This document shows, in pieces, positions 30,514 to 37,759 of a stretch of 64,000 bases of DNA; the first letter of the stretch is position 1; each line of letters starts with the position of its first letter. Under the pieces are notes generated by a model that saw nothing but the letters and a program-made list of their open reading frames with translations, had not been told where the DNA came from and made no database searches. The stretch comes from Blastocatellia bacterium (GTDB taxonomy: Bacteria; Acidobacteriota; Blastocatellia; UBA7656). A program made the position numbers and the translations under genes. The stretch covers positions 128,001 to 192,000 of the forward strand of contig CAVXWP010000001.1 in the NCBI GenBank assembly GCA_963765495.1, in the 5' to 3' direction.

Positions 30514-33346
30514 TCCCGGAGAACGTGCTGTTTGTGAGTATCAACTGACCGCCGTTGGAAATGCCTCCCCCAAGGCTGAAGAGCGGGACCACTGTCACTG
30601 CGGAGATGCCGCTGATCGTGAGGCCGTTGGCTGAATTGCCGAAGAAGGTGCTATTGGTAATACGCACAGTCCCTGTGTTATTGCTAATACCTCCCCCAAT
30701 GCCACCAGTAGCGATATAAATATTACCATCATTGACATTGTAAACGCCCCCGTTCGCAGAATTACCGGATACTGTACTGTTGGTGATATTTACATTTCCC
30801 GATGCATTACTGAGACCGGCCCCGGATGATCCCACGACGAATAGGCCGCCGCCGCCGCTGTTGCTTCCCGCAGTTACGGTGTCGCCGTTGGTGGCTGTGT
30901 TTCCAGCGATCGTGCAGTCAGTCAAATTCACCGTACCGTTCGTGTTGGCAATACCACCTCCGGAACTCGTGCCGGCAACTCGGGCCTGATTGAGCACATT
31001 CCCGCTGTTGCCCTTGCCACCTCTCACAACATTTTCGGAGATGACGCTATTCGTAATATTAAGAGTTCCACCGTTTGCATTATAAATGCCGCCGCCAATG
31101 CCTTGAGCAGCCTCAGTTCTGCCATTGAGAACACTATCGCCGCCGGCGGCGAAATTGCCGGAGATCACGACATTGTTGATGGCGAGCGTGCCAGTGCTGT
31201 TGTTGAGAATGCCGCCGCCTGTGCCGTTGGTCGGAGTCGCACTGTTGATACCCCGATTCAAGCCGTTCGCGATCGTCAAGCCCGAGATCGAGACGTCGTA
31301 ATTACCCGGCGCAATATTAAATATACGCGAGGCATTGTTGCCGCTGACGGTCAGTACGCCCGCACCGGGGCCGACGATATTCACGCTGTCAAAGATCACC
31401 ATTTCGCCGCTGGTCAGCGTGATCGTTCCCGTAACGCCTGCGGCAAAGGTAATGGTTTGTGTGCCCGGCGTTAAATTGGAGCAGATTACCGCTTCGCGCA
31501 GGCTGCCCGCACCGCTGTCATTTGTGCTGGTGACGACCGTCGAGCACGCAGCGTTCTGCGCTTCAAAGGCGCCGATGTCAGAGCCGTTGCCACCCGTCGC
31601 GTTCGCAATCGCCGGGTTGTCAACAGGACGAGGGAAGCCGCGCTGGTCAGTAGTGATGGGCATTCCCGAAATGGGATCAGTAGCGGCGGCTCCTTTGTCT
31701 ATCGCAGGGCTGCCTGCGAGCAGTGCCAGGGTCATCGTCGGGCCGCCGTTATCGGCCAGTGGTCCGAGAAGAGGATCGATCGGCATCGCATCCGTTCCGA
31801 TCTGGTCACCAGTCGTCGGCGTGATCGTCGCATCCTTACTATTGCCGATCAGGTTCCAGCCCTGCGAGATGAGCGTGCCTTTGAAATCAGGGCCGAGGCC
31901 GTCGGCGGGTACGTTGTTGCCGGAAATGATGGTGTCTTTCGCATTTACGGTACCGGCAGAAGTGAGATTGTCAACGCCTCCGCCCTCGCCGGTACCGGCA
32001 GTAGCGCACCCCGAGGCCGTGCCCCCAGCAGCCGAGTTACCGAAGATCGTACTGTTCGTGAGATTAACGATACCTTCACCGTTTAAAATGCCGCCGCCTC
32101 TGCTTGTGACGCCAACTACCGTGCCGAACAGAGTGCCTGTGCTAACCGAATTTCCAAAGACCGTGCTATTCGTGATATTCAATGTTCCGGTAAAATTGCT
32201 GATACCGCCGCCAAAGCTGCCTGTAACAGTTATCACGTTACCAGCGTCAGGTTCCCCCTGAATGCCGCCATTGGCTGAGTTGCCGGAAACAGTACAGCTA
32301 TTGATATTAATAGTTCCGCTTCCGTTATTGATCGCGCCACCGGTGGCTCCGGTTTGCAATCCCGTGCCGCCGCCGCCAGGCGTGCAGTTGACACCGCCCG
32401 ATCCAGCGTGTTGGGTGTCGCCCAGGGCGGATGAGTTCCCGGTGAGCGTGCTATTGGTAAGCGTTACCGTCCCAACGGTGTTGGAAATTGCGCCGCCACC
32501 GCTGCCGCCCCCAAGATTGCCCGGATCGCCGCTGTTGTTTATGGCACTGCCTCCCTTTGCAGCGTTTCCCGAGAAGGTGGTATTCATTATTTTCACATTA
32601 CCGGTACTCTCGTTATAGAGGCCCGCCCCGTCGCCATAACCACCCTTCCCAGCACCCAACCCGCCAACGCCGTCGCCGATGCCAGCGTTGCCGCCGGTGG
32701 CGGTGTTGCCGGAGAGCGTGCTGCCTGTGATAATGAGCGTACCGGTGCTTCGGTTGTAAATAGCGCCGCCGCGGCCATAACCACCAATGGATATCTGGGC
32801 ATTCCCGCCGGTCGCGGCATTGTTCGATAGGACGCTGTTGATAATGTTGAGCGTACCGGTGCTGTCATTGAGAATTCCACCGCCAAAGCCCGGTTCCCCG
32901 GCAGGGTTACCATCTGCTCCGCGATTCAGTCCGTTAGCAATCGTCAAACCGGAGATCGTGACGTTGATCGCAGGTATCACGCCGCCAATATTGAACACCC
33001 GCACCGCGTTGTTGCCGCTGATGGCGAGCAGGCTTGCGCCCGGCCCTTGAATCTGGAGGTCCTTGTCTATCGCCAGTTCGCTCGCAAGCGTGATCGGACT
33101 TGTCACCGTCGTCATATCGAAGTCAATCGTATCGCCCGGCGCTGCCGTGGCTATCGCTTGCCGCAATGTGCAGTCGGCTCCCGGACAGGTTCCGCCCGCA
33201 TCGGCGCTGCTGTGTACCGTTATCGTCGCCGCTGGCGTCTTCTGGACCACGCTTCCTGCGACAGGAACCGTGACCGGCGTGAGCAACATTGCGAGCGCGA
33301 TGCCTCCCAACAGCGCGGCGATTGTAATTCTCTTATTGGATTTCAT
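30461..33346 (-). CDS. Secreted CSLREA / choice-of-anchor Q protein, copy 2, N-terminal part
   Basis: Same signal peptide and first domain as 8421-12770; two beta-helix modules; GGAGG RBS. Confidence 0.85.
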   Translation of the reverse strand: MKSNKRITIAALLGGIALAMLLTPVTVPVAGSVVQKTPAATITVHSSADAGGTCPGADCTLRQAIATAAPGDTIDFDMTTVTSPITLASELAIDKDLQIQGPGASLLAISGNNAVRVFNIGGVIPAINVTISGLTIANGLNRGADGNPAGEPGFGGGILNDSTGTLNIINSVLSNNAATGGNAQISIGGYGRGGAIYNRSTGTLIITGSTLSGNTATGGNAGIGDGVGGLGAGKGGYGDGAGLYNESTGNVKIMNTTFSGNAAKGGSAINNSGDPGNLGGGSGGGAISNTVGTVTLTNSTLTGNSSALGDTQHAGSGGVNCTPGGGGTGLQTGATGGAINNGSGTININSCTVSGNSANGGIQGEPDAGNVITVTGSFGGGISNFTGTLNITNSTVFGNSVSTGTLFGTVVGVTSRGGGILNGEGIVNLTNSTIFGNSAAGGTASGCATAGTGEGGGVDNLTSAGTVNAKDTIISGNNVPADGLGPDFKGTLISQGWNLIGNSKDATITPTTGDQIGTDAMPIDPLLGPLADNGGPTMTLALLAGSPAIDKGAAATDPISGMPITTDQRGFPRPVDNPAIANATGGNGSDIGAFEAQNAACSTVVTSTNDSGAGSLREAVICSNLTPGTQTITFAAGVTGTITLTSGEMVIFDSVNIVGPGAGVLTVSGNNASRIFNIAPGNYDVSISGLTIANGLNRGINSATPTNGTGGGILNNSTGTLAINNVVISGNFAAGGDSVLNGRTEAAQGIGGGIYNANGGTLNITNSVISENVVRGGKGNSGNVLNQARVAGTSSGGGIANTNGTVNLTDCTIAGNTATNGDTVTAGSNSGGGGLFVVGSSGAGLSNASGNVNITNSTVSGNSANGGVYNVNDGNIYIATGGIGGGISNNTGTVRITNSTFFGNSANGLTISGISAVTVVPLFSLGGGISNGGQLILTNSTFSGNAAVGTPSFNGRPEQHR

Positions 33347-33622
33347 GATAGACCTCCATCTCTGCGTTTCTTGAGTAGCGCCTGTGTCCTAACCATTGCC
33401 CGATGAATATCATCGGACTTCATTACCGGACTGGCTTTCGACATTGCGGTTTTGCGTTCTTCTATTCGTGGCACAAGTATCTTTTCTCCATCGGCGCTTC
33501 CGCTCCGACTTTCCCAGTTGTCTTCACCAGGAGTACTTGCCCAATGTAGCGACGGCCATATCGGTGCGAGTTTCGTGCACCGGCAGGCGCGGACGTTTGC
33601 TATCAGCCTGCACTACTGGTTT

Positions 33623-33664
33623 TCACCTACTCATGCGATGAATCACTGTCGCTTACCCCATCGC
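33623..33664 (-). promoter_or_regulatory. Third copy of the 42-bp motif, upstream of the copy-2 CSLREA gene
   Basis: GCGATGGGGTAA-N8-GATTCATCGCATG...GTGA in otherwise non-homologous DNA. Confidence 0.55.
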
Positions 33665-33740
33665 GTTAGATTTTTTTAGGGCTGCCGCAGGCTATAACGA
33701 AATAAATATCTACTCACGACAAAAGCAGCGCGATGGTATA

Positions 33741-34112
33741 ATGAGAGCCGTTATGAATGAGCTTGAAACAAACTTCGAGGCACCCTTCACCATCACCGAG
33801 CATGGCACGATTAGAATTGCGGGATCGCGCGTTAGCCTTGATATGGTCATTCACCCTTACAAGCTCGGCGCGACCGCCGAACAGATCGCCTACTGCTTCC
33901 TGTCTCTGAGTCTGGCAGACATTTATCCGGCAATCGCTTACCACCTGACTCACCGCGAGGAGGTTGAAGAGTACCTGCGCAGGCAAGAGGCCGTAGCCGA
34001 CGCGCTTCTACAGCAAATCGAATCCGATCCGAAGCGCCGGCAGAGGATCACTGAACTGCGCGAGCGCATTTTAGCCCGCCGGAGGAATCAGCATGAGCCA
34101 ACCCTACATTGA
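33741..34112 (+). CDS. DUF433 domain protein (antitoxin-like)
   Basis: IRIAGSRVSLD.VI..YKLGATAEQI...F.SLSLADIY.AIAY; the start may be 33753. Confidence 0.85.
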   Translation: MRAVMNELETNFEAPFTITEHGTIRIAGSRVSLDMVIHPYKLGATAEQIAYCFLSLSLADIYPAIAYHLTHREEVEEYLRRQEAVADALLQQIESDPKRRQRITELRERILARRRNQHEPTLH

Positions 34113-34410
34113 GCAACGCGACGGCGGATACTGGATTCAAGGGACGCGCGTATCACTCGATTCAGTAGTCTACAGGTGGCTCGAAGGACTGTCTCCCGAA
34201 ACCATCGCCGACTGCTTCCCCGCGCTGACGCTGGAGCAGGTCTACGGCGCGGTCGCTTACTATCTGGCCCACCGCGACGAGGTTGACGCCTACCTCAAAT
34301 CCGCCGACGAGGAATATGAACAGTTCCGCCAGCGCGTGCGCACAAAGTATCCTCGCCTGAGCAGCAGGCTCGATGAGTTGCTCAACACCTCTGAGGCAAC
34401 CAGGCGATGA
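34093..34410 (+). CDS. DUF433 domain protein (antitoxin-like)
   Basis: IQGTRVSLDSVVY.WLEGLSPETI..CFPALTLEQVYGAVAYYL. Confidence 0.88.
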   Translation: MSQPYIEQRDGGYWIQGTRVSLDSVVYRWLEGLSPETIADCFPALTLEQVYGAVAYYLAHRDEVDAYLKSADEEYEQFRQRVRTKYPRLSSRLDELLNTSEATRR

Positions 34411-34757
34411 AGATTCGGTTCCAGGCCGATAACGACCTCGACCATCGCATCATTGCCGCGACCAGGCGGCTCGACCCGGCAATAGATTTTCAAACAGCGA
34501 CAGCCCTCGGACTTCACACCGGAGTGCCCGACGACCAAGTGCTGGCCCTTGCCGCCCAGCAAGGCCGAATCCTGGTGACGCATGACCGGAAAACGATGCC
34601 TGACCACTTCGAGCTTTTCGTCGTCTCACACACGTCGCCGGGGCTGATTATCCTCTCGCAAGCCCTCCCCATCGGACGCGCCGCCGAGTGGCTGCACCTG
34701 ATCTGGGCCGCCTCCGAGGCCGAAGAATACATCAACTCCATTTACAGCCTGCCCTAA
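34407..34757 (+). CDS. DUF5615 PIN-like toxin (VapC45-like)
   Basis: IRFQADNDL...PDDQVL..AAQQGRILVTHDRKT...PGLII; ATGA overlap with the upstream DUF433 gene. Confidence 0.85.
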   Translation: MKIRFQADNDLDHRIIAATRRLDPAIDFQTATALGLHTGVPDDQVLALAAQQGRILVTHDRKTMPDHFELFVVSHTSPGLIILSQALPIGRAAEWLHLIWAASEAEEYINSIYSLP

Positions 34758-34762
34758 AATGT

Positions 34763-34888
34763 TCACCTGCTCCCCTCACAACCCCGCGCCTTATCCATCG
34801 CGTTGGCCCCTGGCGCAGCAAGGTATAGCGCGATCAGCAATTGACAGCAGAGGGTCAACAATAGTGAGATCGATATTGCGCGTTTCAT
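34763..34888 (-). pseudogene. 41-codon signal-peptide stub of a truncated secreted-protein gene
   Basis: GGAGG RBS followed by MKRAISISLLLTLCCQLLIALYLAAPGANAMDKARGCEGSR*. Confidence 0.45.
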
Positions 34889-35017
34889 TTTATCCTCCTC
34901 TATCTGTGCGTTGTGGACTCTGGCCGGTTTGCAATTGCCGGATGATCACTCGCTTAAACTTTCCATTTACCGCATTCCTTCGACTTAGATCGCGGTTCAA
35001 TTCAATCCTGCCCGGTT

Positions 35018-36850
35018 TCACTGCACGACGACCGTGAGCGTAGCGGTGCGCGTCTTGCCCGAATTGTCTGTGCCGGTGAAGACCAGATCATAAGTCCCTG
35101 GTGACGCCGAGCCTTTCACCTTCACCTTGAAGGTCGCGCTCGAAGTTGTGTTGACCGGATTGGCAGGTTTGACCTTCAGGCCCTTGGGCGAGGCCGGAGG
35201 CGTTATCGTCACATTACCGGAAAACCCACCTGTGCCGTTTATGGTGATCTTCGGTTTCGCCTTATTGCCTCGCGCCACCGTCACCATCGGTTGATCGAAC
35301 GATAATGTGAAGTCAGATTCGACCGTGCCCGTTATCGTGACAAATTGGGCCTTCGAATCCATCGCGTTGCCATTCGTCACGTAGACCAGTGCCGGTCCCG
35401 ACATGTTGGGCATCTTCGCGGTGATTTGGGTCGTTGACTCGGACCAGTTTATCGAGCCGTCCTGGATGTGATAAATCTTGTCGCCCTGAATCACAGACAC
35501 CACGTTCCCAATCACTGAGAAGTTAGTCCCTGAAATCTTCATGGTCGTGTTCGGATGCAGGTTCTGGGTTCCATGATCGGGCCCTGTGTCGTCGTTGAGA
35601 ATTCCGCCCTGATTGATCTCAGGACAGTTGCCGGGTATGACGGGGTTCTGTCCCTTTATCAATGCCTCAAGCGTTGTCCCAAGAGTCGTGATTTCCCCAT
35701 CGCTTCCTCTAAACAGTCCCCAACTGTTTTGCGGAGGCGGAGCATTGTCGATCACCTGCCAGAAAATGGCGTAGGATGCGCCGAAGGAGCCGGGACCTAT
35801 GACCGCATTGACCAGTTCCTTTGTGTAACTTGCCGCGTTGCACTCTCCATAATCGGTGCGGGCGAATCCGAACTCTCCAAGCAGAAACGACGCAGGCTCC
35901 ACATTGCTCTGGCCCTGGAACTTCACCTGTCCGGTCTTTACGAGATTGAGGCTTCCGCCCAATACGAAGTTGATCGCCTGCTTCAGGTCCACCTGAGGCT
36001 GGCTGACTTTGAGGCCGATTGTCTGCCAGGAAGAATATGAAAAATAGTCCACGTCGTGAACGCGCGGCGCGACGTAATCGATTACGCAGCGGTTGGCAAG
36101 CGAAGGCTGATTGCCCGGTCCTCCGAACGGTGTGCCTCCGCAGGGTTCACCGCCCGGCGCAACCACGTAGTTGAATTCTATTCCGAAGAAGACGTTGTTT
36201 ACTCCGGCGGCCTTCGCCATTGCGACGCCGTCCGCCCTCGACTGTTGCCAGTTCACGTAATTGTCCCAGACTGCCGGATCATTGTTCACGCCGAGCGCGC
36301 CCTGCACAGCGTTATCGCCTTCCCAGTTGAGTATGATGAAGGTCTTCGACGGGTATGTGTTGAAGAGGTATTCGCACAGGTTTTCGATCTGAGTGCGCTC
36401 TACATCATAAGCGGATGATGAGGGATCGAAGCCGTTTACCCATGTTGGAAGACTCTGATCGGCAGGCCCGTCGGCAGGCGTGTAAGTAGTCAGCAGGTAT
36501 GTCCGAAAACTGTCGGAACCAAAGAGCGTCTCGTAAGCGGAACTGGAAGCGACCTTGACAAGCCAGTTCGGATCATCGTCCTTTTTTATGGATGGATTGA
36601 CCATATAAGGGTCTCTGGCCGATATGGCGACACGGATGGTACGAGTGCCCATCTCGGCGATCTTTTCAGCCGCCCAGTTCAGTCTGTCGGTGGAAGAGTC
36701 ATAAGAAGAGTAGTCGACTCCCCAGTTATAAATGCCGATCATATCGGCCACATCGGTCGGGCGAGGCGGCACAGCGCGCGTGATTGGCGCGATCAGCAGG
36801 GCGACGGCGAAGAACGCCATAAATGAAAGCAGTCTGAATTTGTTGGACAT
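35018..36850 (-). CDS. Secreted GH-like/IPT protein, copy 2
   Basis: Same length as 12899-14731 and nearly identical to it. Confidence 0.65.
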   Translation of the reverse strand: MSNKFRLLSFMAFFAVALLIAPITRAVPPRPTDVADMIGIYNWGVDYSSYDSSTDRLNWAAEKIAEMGTRTIRVAISARDPYMVNPSIKKDDDPNWLVKVASSSAYETLFGSDSFRTYLLTTYTPADGPADQSLPTWVNGFDPSSSAYDVERTQIENLCEYLFNTYPSKTFIILNWEGDNAVQGALGVNNDPAVWDNYVNWQQSRADGVAMAKAAGVNNVFFGIEFNYVVAPGGEPCGGTPFGGPGNQPSLANRCVIDYVAPRVHDVDYFSYSSWQTIGLKVSQPQVDLKQAINFVLGGSLNLVKTGQVKFQGQSNVEPASFLLGEFGFARTDYGECNAASYTKELVNAVIGPGSFGASYAIFWQVIDNAPPPQNSWGLFRGSDGEITTLGTTLEALIKGQNPVIPGNCPEINQGGILNDDTGPDHGTQNLHPNTTMKISGTNFSVIGNVVSVIQGDKIYHIQDGSINWSESTTQITAKMPNMSGPALVYVTNGNAMDSKAQFVTITGTVESDFTLSFDQPMVTVARGNKAKPKITINGTGGFSGNVTITPPASPKGLKVKPANPVNTTSSATFKVKVKGSASPGTYDLVFTGTDNSGKTRTATLTVVVQ

Positions 36851-36905
36851 CTCAAAGCTCCTTTTCAATGCGCACACAGGCCATAAAGTCTCAGATTTTG
36901 TTCTC

Positions 36906-36947
36906 TCACTTATACATGCGATAAATCGCGACGGTTTACCCCATCGC
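36906..36947 (-). promoter_or_regulatory. 42-bp motif, candidate ECF promoter, copy 2
   Basis: Identical to 14787-14828. Confidence 0.55.
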
Positions 36948-36950
36948 TCA

Positions 36951-37022
36951 AGCCCTGAAGGATTATCGCTACTGTTACCCAGCGCGTTGCGCTGGGCTAT
37001 TGAATTGCGCCCCTTCGGGGCT
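36951..37022. repeat. REP-like palindromic element, copy 2
   Basis: Identical to 14832-14903. Confidence 0.6.
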
Positions 37023-37183
37023 TTTGTGGTCTTTTCAAACGCCCGCTGATCGCTGAGTACGCGGAGACAGATTATTTTCTCGACACTTCAAACTTCTCAC
37101 TCATCGCTCAGCGCTCGGCGCTCCCCTGTGATATAATCGCCCTCAATCTTTTGCGATATTTCGGGCTTGGGTTTAGCGATAAG

Positions 37184-37759
37184 ATGGAGGTCTCATCGAA
37201 AATTACAGAACTCCTCGTCGACTGGCGCAACGGTCGCTCCAACGCTTTCGATCAACTCTTCGCGCTCGTATACGACGAACTGCGAGCACTGGCTTCCGGC
37301 TATATGCGCCGCGAGCGCCCCGACCACACCCTGCAAACGACGGCGCTGGTCAACGAGGCGTACGTGAAGCTTGTTGGCCATAAAGACAGGCTGCTGGAAA
37401 ATCGCCTGCACTTTTTCGCAGTCGCGGCGAAAGTCATGCGGCAAATCCTCATCGACCACGCGCGCACGCGCCACTACGAGAAGCGCGGCGGCAAGGCGGT
37501 GAAGATTTCGCTCGATGAGGTCGTCATCATATCGGACGAGCGCGCCGCCGATTTAATAGTGCTTGACGACGCACTCAAATCATTAGCCGCTATTGACGAG
37601 CGCAAGAGTCAGGTCGTCGAACTGCGTTTCTTTGGCGGCATGACGATTGAAGAGACCGCCGAGTTCCTGAGCGTGTCCTTCAACACGGTGGTGCGCGATT
37701 GGGAGATGGCGCGCGCATGGCTTTACCGCAACATCTACGGAGATGGCGATGCAGGCTGA
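37184..37759 (+). CDS. ECF sigma factor, EcfK-like, copy 2
   Basis: Same motifs as copy 1, including HTLQTTALVNEAY. Confidence 0.92.
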   Translation: MEVSSKITELLVDWRNGRSNAFDQLFALVYDELRALASGYMRRERPDHTLQTTALVNEAYVKLVGHKDRLLENRLHFFAVAAKVMRQILIDHARTRHYEKRGGKAVKISLDEVVIISDERAADLIVLDDALKSLAAIDERKSQVVELRFFGGMTIEETAEFLSVSFNTVVRDWEMARAWLYRNIYGDGDAG

